Source of the DNA: Tubulanus polymorphus
Taxonomy: Eukaryota > Animalia > Nemertea
Length of the DNA stretch: 64,000 nucleotides
NCBI RefSeq assembly: GCF_964204645.1
Contig: NC_134031.1
Span: 13,007,807 to 13,071,806 of the forward strand
Direction of reading: 5' to 3'
Part shown: positions 25,909 through 39,133 of the stretch, piece by piece
Layout of the letters: every line of letters starts with the position of its first letter
Position numbering within the stretch: the stretch's first letter is position 1
Notes under the pieces: generated by a model
The model's input: the letters and a program-made list of their open reading frames with translations, nothing else
The model's database searches: none
What the model was told of the DNA's origin: nothing
Program-made: the position numbers and the translations under genes

Positions 25909-26320
25909 TCAAATATAAATATTCACTGTTTTAAATATGAATTATTTCACTCACACTTTACTCACACTTTTAATGTTTAAAAATCTAACTCATACAAATA
26001 TAAATATTGAAATATGTTTAAAATATAAACTATTTCACTCACACTTTACTCACACTTTTATATTCTTTTAATTATCCATTTATTTTACTTATATTTTTAC
26101 TCGAAATCTGTTAAAATATGAATTATTTCACTCACACTTTACTCACACTTTTTCTAGCGAGTAGAAAATGAAAAATAAATTCGAGCGTGCGAGAATTATT
26201 TTTCAATTTCATGAGTTTCGCGAGTAATTCAAGTAGAAATTGTTATTATTTTCATGTTTTTCATTTTTTATGAGTTCGACCTTTCGACCTTTGATCTGAA
26301 AGCCTATTACCCCTATTACT

Positions 26321-27104
26321 CGCATCCTCCGACTTAATCACGGGACCATCGATTATACGATCAACTAAAGCCGTCGCAATTGCGTAATTACTTCCGAATC
26401 GCTTTTTCAAAGCAAGCCTAGCCTCTGGATAGGCTTCATCTGGATCTTTAACGAGATTAACTTTTAATTAGTTCTTGTACATCACCTCTTGTGTATTGAA
26501 CAAGATAATACTATCTTTCGCGACTACAGGACGTTTTCAATTCGATCAAGTTTTCGAAAGCATTTACGAAGTAACAATAGTCGCTAGGATTACCACTAAA
26601 AACCGACATTTCAGGTTTCGGCAAGGACATCTTAACGAGATTTTGCACTAAAGAGTTCAAGTCCTCTTCGCTACGAACAGCATTAGACCGTGACCGGTCA
26701 TGGTCAATATCGCTTTGACAAGAACCGGCCTTGTTAACCGCGTCTGGCATAACTTTACTGCGCTCTTCGGTGAGGGATTGTCCCTGCTTTTGATCGACAA
26801 CGTTAAAAGCAAGATAGCATTTTGCCTTTTTCCTGAGTTCATGGTACTTATCTTCTTCCCTTTCGAAATACACGAACGATTCCTCAACGCGATCCACATC
26901 TTCTTCCGGAATTAAACCATAATACTGGTCGTGGGATTCCTCAAACTTTGTCCACGCGTCAGTTAAATCCATAAGTAGCTTATCGACTTCATCGTTTCCG
27001 GATTTCAATGTTAACGCAGCTCGCAGTTTATTGCTCCTACAGGTCACTTGAGTTTTAAAACCACCTCTCGACTTCTTGAGCTTATCTTCCTTGTCCGAAT
27101 CCAT
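26321..27104 (-). pseudogene. BEL gag N-terminal part (DUF1759-like)
   Basis: LPKPEMSVFSGNPSDYCYFVNAFENLIE, LKKRFGS; starts 26 nt after the 5' LTR. Confidence 0.88.
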
Positions 27105-27130
27105 TATAGCAAGTTACTTGTTCCAAACAA

Positions 27131-27526
27131 TGTTGCAACTGACAACCAAGAATTTTGTTTCTCAAATTCTAAACTGACTTTATTCGACCATATCGACCAA
27201 GACGAAAAGACGTTTCTACAATATGAAATGAAACTTTACAAGTTTGTGATTCAATGTACAGAAAACTTACTTCTAATATGCAACTGATAAATAAAGTTAC
27301 GAATTATTTTGAATTAAACTTACGGAACAATTGAGCCTTTTTGACAAGATATTGCTAAACCAAAAACCAGCTGCGTTCAAATATGGCTACCAAGAATGAC
27401 GTAAAAAAGCCGAAAAATTATAAGAATAATAGGTGGCAGCACAATGCAGACATATGAAGTTACAAACTTCGAACTGAAGTAACCATACAAACTTTAAACT
27501 ACAAGAGCCGAAACGTGGCGTCAACA
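27131..27526 (-). repeat. BEL 5' LTR
   Basis: Direct repeat of 16616-17011. Confidence 0.96.
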
Positions 27527-27531
27527 CATAT

Positions 27532-27640
27532 AATGTCTAGGTTATATTCTAATTTTAGTGCAGCGATTTCCGGTTTTTTGTTCATCATATTGTCTGCATT
27601 CATACATGTGCATAAACTGTAGCTAGTGTCTGAAATTATC
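27532..27640 (-). pseudogene. CR1-like LINE APE N-terminus (5'-truncated end)
   Basis: Reads CTCMNADNMMNKKPEIAALKLEYNLDII, continuous with the frame at 16610. Confidence 0.8.
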
Positions 27641-27804
27641 CCCGCTATTAAAGCAGGCGTATAATAACGGTTTAACTACTGAAGAGAGTATCCGCGATAC
27701 CGCAGTCGTAAGGAAGTAGGTCAGACAGACTACTCACGCGCACACGTTTCTCGAAAAACAAAGGGTAGCGATTCAACTCAATAATACGGTCGTAAGGCTC
27801 TCCA

Positions 27805-27964
27805 ATCCCATTAACGCTGTCACCCGTGTAACGATCCTGTCTTCTAAATGTCTAATACCTCCTTTAAGGATGATCTACGCTCCGACGATAGGCTATAAAG
27901 GGTCAATTTATCCCGAACAGAAGAACAACGAACTTACTCGGACAATGGATTCACTTCTAAGAGA
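27805..27964 (-). mobile_element. Probable Gypsy PBS and inner end of 5' LTR (LTR may resume at 31872-31963)
   Basis: Minus strand ...GTTACA then CGGGTGACAGCGTTAATGGGAT, resembling TGGTGRCAGCG...GGGAT Leu-type Gypsy PBSs; partner LTR lies outside the window. Confidence 0.45.
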
Positions 27965-30900
27965 CGGGTGTTCGAACTTCGCTGAATCACTGAATCGCTG
28001 AATCGCTGAACCGCTGAAACGCTGATTATTATATTAATTTCGCTATATAATTGTATTTATTCTAAAATACGCTGAATCTATGTAAATCTTACACATTCTA
28101 AAGACAATTAATTATTTGATCGATTTAATGAGAAATTTCGTTACATATTCGAACAAGAAAATTAACTTTAATAAATTATTTGACGCCTGCGAAAAATGTA
28201 GAATTTCTGGGAGAAGCTAATGTGGAATTGCAAATTTGAAATCGAAGTTTTAAGAAATTTTGGGAATTATGAGATTTGGCGATTGGGTAGATGATACAGT
28301 CTTCAACTGGTCTAATTTAAAAAAAATTGTCAACTTGTGACCGACTTCGATTCACTTTTGCCTCTAAGCTGGTCTGCAACTTCATTGCCTCCATGGTTGA
28401 AGAAAGAGTTCTTCGGATGTTTGCTTCATCATGACGTTGAGCACATCGTGTAGCCAGCCGGCCCGGTCCTGGGGCCCGGTTTGGCTGTCACTCGATATCC
28501 TAGACTTGAGTCTGGGTTGAAGTATACATTGTCATTTAAAGAACTTATTCATGTTATACTGTATGAATTTACCGTGTGTCTTGTATTTTGTATTTTCTTA
28601 TTTAAAAATTTGTAAGTTTTTTAAATTTTATCCCGGAATTTCAATGTAATAAGGATCAATAAAGTATTGAATTGAATTGTCACCTTATACACATGCCATC
28701 AATGGACGCGGAGCCGTATATGACAGCTATGCTATTATAAATTGCTAATGTCATGAAACCTGCATACCCCTAATATCGAACATATTTTCTAAAACATTTG
28801 AATATTGAAATTATATGTTAACACGTTTTTAAATAGACCGCTTGTAGCCGCCGATGAAATTCACGCCGGCCCTACTCAGATCGTAGATAGCTTCGTCATT
28901 CCACTAGCATCCCCATGTCAGGGTCTGACTTTTATATCATACTTCCAAATCGTGTATACATCCGCCATTTAACCGAATAATCCGATTTACTTATCATTTC
29001 TATTTATGCCTGCCGCTCCTGATATAATCATACATCCTTTACTATTACAATACGTCTTCAAGATATTCAATGCAATATAACATTTCGATGTTCAAATATA
29101 CGTCATTATATAATCACAGGGAGTCATTCTACATCTTTATCAATAATATTTTGCCAAATAGCTTGTATGTGTACACATAAACCTGTGACGTTTTGCACAT
29201 CGATTTACGGTTGTCGTTTGTAAAATGACGCTGAATGGTTAACATTGTTTAGATTTCATAATGGTAACGTTTTATAAGGCGTCAAAAAAAAAATCCAGGA
29301 AGAAAGACACTCTGAATATTTGGATGGATATATGAAAGCTGTGGGTACTGGAGTGTGTAATGGGTAGTGTAGTGTGATCTGTGTGCATTTGTGGCCAGCA
29401 CACAGATCACATTGTTCAGGGGTTTGGTCCAGGACTCGCGAGATTTTCAACAACACGGAAGTAACGTGTAATAAATGATGACTTGAATTGACTACCTACC
29501 ACCCCTAATTATTGTTGGAAAACTAAACGTTCGGCACTGACTAAAAATTTGTAATAACATTTTAGAAATGGCCAGAATTTTAACTTAGGTTCTATCTCAT
29601 TTTTATTTTACAATTGCGATTGGTATAAATTTTTTTTAATCGGCCGTTAAGGCTTCATGTTTCGTCTGCAATTCACTGCAAATAGTTACGCAACTACGCA
29701 CATTTCAGTGTTTTTGGTAGCTGTACACTCAATCGGCACCGTTCGTGACTAGCTTCACTGCGGAATTATCATTAATTAACATCGCCATATCACATCATCA
29801 ACTTATATTGTGCCTTAAAACCCTAACAGCCGAAATAATTGAAATGCACACACGATTTCTATCATTGAAAATTGAGAGAGTGGCCATGTTTGTGTTTGCG
29901 TAAATACCGCGCGGTGGCGCAACCGCGCGGAGTGGGGCCGATACGTCCAGTTAGACGGACTACGGTAACGGACGTAGTATTTTGCGGTAACGGCCTTCGG
30001 CGATGATCACCGGTACTTCGGGTCATGCAAACTTGTACCATAGAATAGAGACTGATACAGGTGCATGCACATCCGTGGCGTTCGAGCGGTGAGAACCATT
30101 TTCTCTGTGAAGAAAGGGCAATATTTAAGCAATAGTCGTATCGCCGATCGGTAGTGTTACATGTGATAAATTCAACAGATAATGGGTAATATATTTCCAT
30201 CGTGTCAACGCCATTCACAAACAGTAGCAAGACATACTGCTGGTCTCTAGAAATAGCAATACGACCACAAGCACTTTTCGATTTCTACCACGATATTCGA
30301 GAAGTTTCAATTGGGCAGTGGTGGTCAGTGATGGTCAATTTATGAATTTTCAATGGCGAATCCTTTCTTGTTTCACCAAATGCGGTACCGGTAGCCTATA
30401 TCGTTCTTTCAAGAAGTTTCAATTGGTCAGTGGTGGTCAGTATAATGGTCAATTTATGAATTTTCAATGGCGAATCCTTTCTTGTTTCACCAAATGTGTT
30501 ACTGGTATATCGTTATTTCAGGAAGTTTCAATTGGTCAGTGGTGGTCAGTGATGGTCAATTTATGAATTTTCAATGGCGAATCCTTTCTTGTTCCATACC
30601 AAACGCTGTACCGGTATCGTTCTCACATTCTAGAAGTTTAAATTGGTCAGTGGTGGTCAGTGATGGTCAATTTATGAATTTTCAATGGCGAATCCTTTCT
30701 AGTTTGACACCATAACGCGGTATTTCGTTCTCATATTCGAGAAATTTGAATTGGTCAGTGGTGGTCAGTGATGGTCAGTGATGAATTTGCAATGATGATT
30801 CATTAGTAGTTTGAAAAACAAACATGACTTGAAAAATTTCCGAAATTCGTGTGTTCAAGTTCGGAATTGGGGATATCTCAGTTGGTCAATTACTGACCAT

Positions 30901-31871
30901 CATGGTGTCACCATTGTGGTATATAGCTCAAATGAAACATGTGGAACCGAAAAAGTGGCCCAAAAGCGTAAGTCATTTCCAGTGATGTGATCCAAAAATG
31001 CCATAACTGGAAAAGGCAGTCTCAGTCTCAAATGGACGAAATCAAATCGATCAGGAAAATTAAAATTAGGGAAGGCCACATGCAGTGGTCTTTCCACGAA
31101 GCCCTAGCGCCAGCGGTATAGCGTATTGGTATAATGACATCTTTTTTGTACCACATGAAGTAATAAGCATCGTTGTAAGCACTTGAAACACCCATTAACC
31201 ACTTGAAACTGTCAGATCAAACATCATACCGCATCCCCGCAAAAAGGGTAGTTCAGCAAACCGGAGCTTTCATTTGCCGCCGCTTACCGCGAATTCAATT
31301 CAAGTTAGAGCGCTATTAATAACTTTAATCTTGCTCTAAAGGCGTTACCGTCATCAAATATGCTGTCATTTATATGCTTTTTATCATTTATTATAGCCTA
31401 CATTGCTTTTTTATACAATTATTGAAAAAATCAATGAAATGAAAAATATAAGATTATATTAAGATTATGAAATCTTTTGGTTTTGGCCACTAAGATTTGT
31501 CGCTGCCTTTGTGGGAACAGTTCATAGCTAAACAAAGCCAAGGCATTTCGAAAGACTGTAAAATTAGCGCGATATTCAATGAAAATGAGCATTGTATAAT
31601 AACGCTTCTGAGTGTGCTGCAGGCGATGTGTGTTCTCAGAATGACGTCATCAACATCACCGCGCAAACGCGAGCGTCCTGTTTCTCGAGTTTGGATAAAG
31701 ATATTTAAAAAATTTTTTCACGAGACTACCATAGATGCATACGGTGAATATTTTTATACAAAAAAATTAGATTTAAAATTTTTTTCAAAACCTCTTCATG
31801 ACCCCTTTAACACAGAATTTAGCGATTCAGAAATGCAGTGATTCATTGATTCAGCGAAGTTCGAACGCCCG
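27965..31871. mobile_element. TIR-bounded composite non-autonomous DNA element (MuDR-like?)
   Basis: CGGGTGTTCGAACTTCGCTGAATCA at the left and TGATTCAGCGAAGTTCGAACGCCCG at the right; subterminal CGCTGAAT repeats; no TSD found. Confidence 0.5.
30297..30790. repeat. ~110-bp tandem repeat, ~4.5 copies
   Basis: GAAGTTTCAATTGGTCAGTGGTGGTCAGTGATGGTCAATTTATG... recurs at 30301, 30413, 30522, 30633 and 30741. Confidence 0.88.
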
Positions 31872-33756
31872 CCAGTAACCTGTCTGTGGTATGGAACCAT
31901 TCTGAAAAACTGCGCAATGGGCCTGTCCCCCTCCAAGAACCATTCTGAGACGCTGCGGCAACACGGTCAGAACATGTCGCTAAGTCCAATCATACTAAAT
32001 TTGATCCAAAGATTACGTGTATGAATGTCTTAAAACCAATGTTTTAAACAATTCAGTGTGAGAGAACTGTGTCATGCACTGTTATGATGCTGCGTTGTGT
32101 ATCAGTCGGTCAGGTCAGTAAATTTCTATAGTATTACTGCAGAGGTATAGTACGGTACTTCACTGTTAGATGGCGAACACATCTTTTTAAACCGAATTCT
32201 AGCCCGGGCTTGAAATGAATATTGTGACTCCCTCGGACCACCAATCTGTTTGAAACATGTAACTTGATGACGGGAACAACTGGAATTAAGCATCAGTAAA
32301 AGGACGTTTCAATACATGCATTAATTTCCCTACAAAGTGTCTCGGTAAATACCGTCCGTTCTGCTTTATAGTATAGATTATACATGTATAGGATCTACGG
32401 TATATATAAGCCTATACTGAATAATAATTGAATAAATTCTTTATCAAAGATCCCGAAACCAGATTAACGAATTGCCCCCGCCAAATACGGTACGAAGAAG
32501 ATATGGATTATCATCTCAAAATATCCCCATGGAAAATGTGAAGAAATCAAATTGCATTTAAAAATTTCTTTTCGCAAATCTCAATGTTCAGTGAAATGGC
32601 GGTGCGCAGTTTGGGACCCCTTTTGCGCGTAATCTCAAACTCAAGCGGGTACAGATCAGTCGTCAGGAAAGATATTCAAACAAATTCAACGCAGGCTTAA
32701 ACTGCAAATAGCCCTCTTTAACCTCTGTGAAAATTGGAAATATAGCTCTAAGAGATACTTAGATATTTTAGAATTGATAAATATTGCGATTTCTTTTACG
32801 CACGGTTAAGATATGCGGTCCTTGGTTTCACATCGTCACTGTTCTCAATTGTTAGGTTTAAAAATTCCAAGAATCGCCAGCAAATATCTGCATTTCATTT
32901 CCTTTAAAATTGTGTATAAATTGATTTCGTCGAGCAAGGGACTGCAGAACTATATGATATTCAATCTAAACTTATTTTTTAAAAATGAGCGCAAATTATC
33001 GCAACAATAGGGACCTCGAGGGACCGCCACAAAATGGCGCCTAGAAACTGGAAACTTCTTTATTAATGACAATGTTCACTTCCAATAAGTTATGGGTGGG
33101 AAATTTACAAATCGACCCAATTTGAACAAACAACGAGATAGGGATTATAGAATATTAATTAGTTTATCTCATTTCTTTAATCTAATACTAGATTTCTCTG
33201 GAAATATTTAGATTATAGAATATTAATAATTCCTATAATCTAAGAAAACAATGAACTACATTTCGGTATACACACTGAATTCAGTTCATTTCCATTTAAC
33301 TGCAACAATGATCTTCGAACAATATACTGAAATTAACATTATACTTTGTTTTGCTCAATTAACTACTTTTAAACTACAGAACTTTGGTTTATTTGCATAT
33401 GGCCCGTAAATTCAAACTTGGATGGGGACAAATTCTAAAAAATTATATTACTAATAGGTTCCAAATTTTCCCCCATTTAAACCCATTAGATCTATGGCCT
33501 GGGGGTATCTTGGAAACATATGAGAGTATTCTGGGCGGAGGGATTCTGGGTGTGGGATATTTGGGTGGAGGTATTTTGGGCGGAGGTATTATGACCTGGA
33601 TTCGAAGTGCTCTGCCTGCCTGCCATTTTCTCCAGATCTCACGGGCACAGATTTTGTAGTTAATTGTAAAAAATGAAAGAAATAAGTGAAGTTTCCAGTA
33701 TTCAAGAAATTATTTGGTATCCTATGTACTATAGTACCTAATCAAAAATCATTTTG

Positions 33757-34910
33757 TGTCAAGTCCCTGTGGTTATGTACTATACGCGATCACGTAAGGG
33801 CGAGATTTTTATTGCAAATGAACTAGAACATGGCTGGCAAAGGTTCAACTTTCCGGTTCTGACTAGCGCCATCAAACGAGTAATTTCAGAACTTGAATTT
33901 GTCGATATCTCGTATTTAACTCATCAGTTCGATCAATATTTCTACTGCGGCCCCGTTGTAACCGATGAATTGCTCTTGGGACACAAATATACTTCGTTCC
34001 GATATTTGGTTGTAGTAAACGATCTCGTTAAAACCGATAGAAACTAAAGGAAATAACGACTTTTTGGCCGGTATAACAAAGCCTTTTCTACTTTGATATT
34101 ATAGTATCTTAAGTCTTACTATTTTATCCATGCTATGACTATCTGCTAATTTGTTTGTTTAGCAATTCGTTAATCCGTGCTCAGACCAATGTTCCGATAA
34201 TGTATTAAACAATGACCAGTTTGGCACCTGTCACCTGCCAACCATGTCTCTCTGTTTGTTCTTTTTGTAACCACAGAGGGCTCTACGTTCGACTGTGGCA
34301 ATCGAGGATTCCACTTGTGGCAAGCGAGGATGCAGCGAGGATTCACCAGGTTCGCTAGTGTGCACTCAGACGGTCCTGTGGCCCAATGGATAAGGCATCT
34401 GACAACAGCGACGATCGCGACGCCCGACCAGAACAGACGACACGTGTGTACAGAACGATAGATTTCACTTTTGTAATTTGACTTTAATTCACAAAATAAT
34501 TCACATGAGAAGATATTTATTGCTAGCACTGAAAAAGCGATTCGGTTGATCAGTCGTTGACACGGATTAACGTTTATGGTAACTATGACAATTCACGACA
34601 CTCCCGGCCAACTGATGTGAAAAAACATAATAATTAACTACAAAATAATAAATAATACAAACTACAAAACAAGAAAACGTCTTTAGTTACTTTTAGAAGT
34701 CTTAATAGTGCAATATCTAATTCTACCGTCTTGTGTGTTTTGATGTAATTCTAAAATGATCCCCAAGTGCCATTTAAGGCGGGGCAACTTATCATCGTGA
34801 GCAGAGCCTCTTTTGATTTTGACCAATATTTCTATGGGTTTCACGTAATCCAGTGAGGTACTGCGATTTCCAACGGACATTAACCTTAAATTGCGGTCTG
34901 ATGCCATCGG
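33757..34910 (-). mobile_element. BEL/Pao 3' remnant (integrase C-terminus, PPT, putative LTR 33757-34600)
   Basis: DDKLPRLKWHLGIILELH...DGRIR.CTIKT; PPT TTGGCCGGGAG followed by TGTC; left LTR boundary uncertain. Confidence 0.6.
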
Positions 34911-35049
34911 ATCGACTTGACGCCGCGACGCGCCTGAACCTCCCGTACTGGGCGGTTACGACCTTATCCGTTCATATCTTCTAGGCATAATTAACACTAA
35001 TTACAGATGAAGAAAAACATAATTGAAAATATTTTAAAAAAAACATAAA

Positions 35050-35480
35050 TCGAAGAAATATTAGGACAATGGCAAACCGAGTTTAATAAATTTGGCTAGC
35101 TGAATAATACTGGCTGAATTTAGGTTGTCGAAAGTGGAGAATAAACTATTTACGTCGAAGATAGATATATTCAATTCCGTTCTCAGATTAGCGACCCTTT
35201 TACAATCGAACAAAAAGTGACATTCATCGTCCAACACATTACAGATATCGCATAAACGTTTTTCCTTTTCAATACCGCGGTGTCTTCTTGTTCAATTAGT
35301 AAGCTGTGAGTAGAGGTCCGTAATTTAGCAACAGCATTTCTGAGGTTAGAATGTTTTAACACTCACAGATATATTTCTAACTTAAAACTAGCTTTAACTG
35401 CTTTATAGAAATTATAACGGGAATGATCACTTGATATTATGTCCTTTTGCCAGAGATCCACAAATAATGCTATTTGAATG
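35050..35480 (-). mobile_element. LINE 3' fragment (RTE-X/Tx1-like C-terminal CCHC region)
   Basis: Minus strand reads AKLRTSTHSLLIE..RHRGIEKEKRLCDICNVLDDECHFLFDC. Confidence 0.7.
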
Positions 35481-35790
35481 ATGTACCAAATTGTGCCAAA
35501 CATTTGAGTACCCTAAATTTGATAGAATTGATTTAACAGTATGTATACGTATACATACTGTTAAATCAATTGATTTGGCCACTAAAGTCTTGAAAAAAAA
35601 CCCGAAAAAGTGGATGTGTGCAGAATGTTTAAGGCTCGGAGCGACTTATCGAACAAACCTCTAGCGATTCGTTAGTCTTATTTAGTTTCTGTATCTGGTT
35701 TATTCAGCCTATGGGAAATGACTGTGTTGGTCGTTGTGTTCAGTGATAAGTTTTACAGTAGAGTTGACCGATTTAGGTTCCTGTCCATTA

Positions 35791-36601
35791 AGGCTGGCTT
35801 ATGTCGACAAGCAACGCGACGCCTACCGGCGCAACTGGGTTTATCGCCGATTAGCGGCATAGCGGCCTACGAGAGGCCGCCAGTTGCTGCTCTATCGGTT
35901 CGACATAAGCCGGCTTGCGACGGCAACCCGACGCCTACCAACTCGTCGCAAGCCGTATCCGGCTAAATTGCCCATGTTCTACTCCGGCTTACGGTAGGCG
36001 GACAGTTGCTTTCGATCGCAACCGACATAAGCTCATCTGCGACGCGACGGAACTGAGCGCAAGGGTTCCAGCCATATACATATATATATAACCGCATATA
36101 CATAGTACAAATTATGACCGCTAGTTAGCGTCATTCGTAATTAGTCATAAACTTTCAAATTCAAGTATCTCGAAACGTTAACCAAAGTTTCAGCACGGCA
36201 GATGACTGGACCGAAGATCTAGAAACGAAATTGGTAGAATTATGGTGTGAGCGGCCATCTTTATATGATGTCGCTAGCTCATGTATTCAAAACAGAATCA
36301 GAAAGATAAAGATTTTAAAGAAATAGCTTTTCTAATAGAAATGTATTTCCCAATAATTCAAAATAAATCAAATTTATTCTCAAAATGCTTATCACGTGAC
36401 CATCTGAGCCGTTGCAGTTGCCAGTAATCGTAACCGACATAAGCAGGGAAGCAACTGGGAGGATCTCATATCCCGCTAGTCGGCCTCAGTTGCTGCGAAT
36501 CGGAGCGCAGTCGACATAAGCTGGCCTGCGATCGCGGTTGCTCTCAGTTGCGTCGGTAGGAGTCGGTAGGCGTCGCGTTGCTTGTCGACATAAGCCAGCC
36601 T
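35791..36601 (+). mobile_element. Harbinger deletion derivative with MADF remnant
   Basis: ~40-bp TIR AGGCTGGCTTATGTCGACAAGCAACGCGACGCCTACCG; TSD TTA; internal WTEDLETKLVELWCERPSLYDV (~36200-36330). Confidence 0.85.
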
Positions 36602-37156
36602 TTAGAGACTCTCCAGTTAGGTAGGGCCTTCGGAAGGAAAATTTCAGTGTAGCGGCTATTGATTTTATTCATGAACTGATAAAGTACGTGATTGCCGCGT
36701 AGTTGTATTTCAGCGAGCGCCGAAGGAGGTCTAAGGGTCCTCCCCCATAAATGTTTTATTTTTCCAAGCTCTGAGATTGATTCTGAGTAAATCTGGCAAT
36801 GAAAATCATGATTTTGATAACGAGAGGAAACAACATGAAAAAAAAAAGTTTTTTGTTCAGCAAAAAAGTGGGACGGCTTCCGACAGCCCTGTAGGGCGTT
36901 TTTGGATCAAATTTCTTGAAATTGCAGTCGGGCTCCTTCATCGGCCATTTATTAAGGTTTCATTTGAAACACGTCACGTGACGATCACAAATTGACCCGA
37001 CATAAATTGACTATCACCGACCACAACTGGACCTATTATATCAAAAGTATAGCATATCAAAAGAAATTTTGTAAGGTAGGCAGGTTCGAAACCGGCCCGA
37101 CAAACAATTTTTAAATTTGAAAGGTGTTGCTGTTATCGCTGCTATAGATATATGAT

Positions 37157-37593
37157 CAGGGGCGGATTCAAGGGGGTGCAGGGGGAGCGCTCCCCCACAA
37201 AATTTTCAAGGTGCCCTAAAAAATTTATTTTTTCTATTTTATTTTATTTAAGTAAAATTTTTCAGAAAAATTTCCATCCGTAATTGGGTGCTTCAAAAAT
37301 ATAGTTGATGTTTTCTGGTGACTTTCATGGGGGGGGGGGGGGACTAGCGGACCACTCTTCCTTTTCGACTCTTATCTTTGGCTATCTTATACATATCTAC
37401 AGAATTCGAACTGGCTCCCAGGTGCCACCAGAAAAGCCCAGATAGCTCTAAAATTGCATCAAATTTGGAAAATTTTGTGGGGGAGTACCCCCATACTGCC
37501 CGCAGGGGCTTCACAATTCTTTGAGTGCCCTCATTCGTCAAAATGTGCCCTAACTTTACCTGCTCCCCCTACTAAACCCTAGATCCGCCCCTG
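37157..37593. mobile_element. CAGGGGCGGAT-type MITE (hAT/P-like)
   Basis: CAGGGGCGGATTCAAGGG ... CCCTAGATCCGCCCCTG; 8-bp TSD is imperfect. Confidence 0.7.
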
Positions 37594-39133
37594 GATAGAA
37601 TATAAATACATGCGTGTTAGACAAAAGCCGCATTAAACTGATCCGAATTAAACGCGTCTGTGTAATATTGTTCCCGACGAGTCCAATTGTTCAACCCGGT
37701 GTCCCTGGTTCAATTGAACTTTGAAGCCAGATATAAATTCCTTTGTTCGCGCGTGAAACAGGGAAATATCAGCACGCTGACCTTACTCGTGCGCACTTAT
37801 CGTGTCAGTGACTGATCACAGCAGTACAGCATTACTACCGCAGTGCGCGTGTAGTGGCTCGATATCGAATCGTCATTATCTGTCGGCTGATGGAACGCAC
37901 CACGTATTCATTGTATTCATTGTATCAACATCTATAAACCACTGCAGGATAGAAGGTAAGTTAAAATAGATTTAGAAAGGCTAGATATTTATGGTAGATT
38001 AATGCACCTCCATCATAATGGAACTATATCACGGTACTCTATCTATCACTGCATTCCAAAATTCATGAATTTTTGCTGCATTCGATGAAAATTTGGTGTT
38101 GAATCTGAGAGGTGTAATGCACAGCTCCTGCTTGAATTTCCGATTGAGCGTGCTTTTTTACCATGGACGTATAAACTAGATTATCTACGTATGAGTAGCT
38201 AATAGCAGCGATCCACAGGAGCGTTTTGGCCCGGGACAACGGGAGCAAAATGGGTCGCGCCTGTTTGGCCAAATTAGTGTGGGTTAAATCATTGCTTGTG
38301 AATTGCTTATGGATCCGGAAGTGACTCACCTCGCTTTTATAAAAGTGTTATCTAAAGTCTCGAATGAAACGCGAGCCTGTCTAATGAGGCGCGGGCCAAT
38401 TTTGACTCGGAACAGATCAGTGCCAATTTGGCCCGGGCCAATTCGTCTGCGTGTGACCGCGGCTATTATCCCCACGCTACGAGAATCGTCAATGGTGAAA
38501 ACGTGGGCGCTTTACGAGGCAGACTGTCCCCAGAAATTTGAAAAGTTTGCCCTTTGCAAATATAGGCCTTATATAAGAAACCAATGTAGAATCCTTCACT
38601 TGGGACTGACCAGCATTTTATTAAAGGCAATATATACTTAGTTTATGTAAGGGCATTGAGGAGTCGTTATCTGTTTTTTACTTCTGGTAACTGCCCTTTT
38701 CCGGGTTTCTCTCATCCACTCAAGGTTAAAATACTAGGTATGGTGAAATGGTAGGCCTATTATCAATTCAATTCTTATTGAGATTCTCTATAGAAGGCTC
38801 CTGCATATTGCTTTTTTGGCAGAAAATGGATACTTATAATCTAATCGAACAGGCTATAATTGATTTGAATTGCTCAATCAAATCATGTCAGTTAATTGCG
38901 TAAGAATTGATATTGAACCGCCGGGTCGAAAATAGATCTTAGTATGAGTTATCGTCGCTGTTGACTAACTCAGTGTATGAAGTTCATACTTCAATCATGG
39001 ACTCTAAAACGAGTCCATGGTTCAATGTAGTTCATTTGCGTGTCATGCCAGTTCAATAGGAGATAACGATTTGAAGTATGGCTCATTCTTCTCTAAACGG
39101 CAAATTTGCTGTCACGGATATTAACACTACAAT

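Larger units (their letters stand above)
21638..26320. mobile_element. Polinton-like element copy B (diverged subfamily; one end retained) inserted in BEL gag
   Basis: Right terminus TGATCTGAAAGCCTATTACCCCTATTACT resembles the copy A terminus; same ORF1, doublet motif and 24-bp array. The left end and left TSD are missing, along with an estimated ~35 codons of BEL gag. Confidence 0.8.
16616..27526 (-). mobile_element. Complete BEL/Pao LTR retrotransposon inserted in CR1 APE
   Basis: 396-bp LTRs 16616-17011 and 27131-27526 (TG...CA, about 4 substitutions by eye); TSD CATAT (16611-16615, 27527-27531); PPT GGTGCCGGGAA next to the 3' LTR. Removing it restores LDIICITEVKPK. Confidence 0.96.

Noticed and set aside
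16560-27287. Duplicated small ORFs (…DNQEFCFSNSK…) and 40259/46558 ORF pair
   Set aside because: Chance frames in paired LTRs.
37790-37962. Non-coding first exon ending AAG|GTAAGT (possible distal DHCR7 5' exon)
   Set aside because: A single consensus donor without other support; cannot be linked to a gene from sequence alone.
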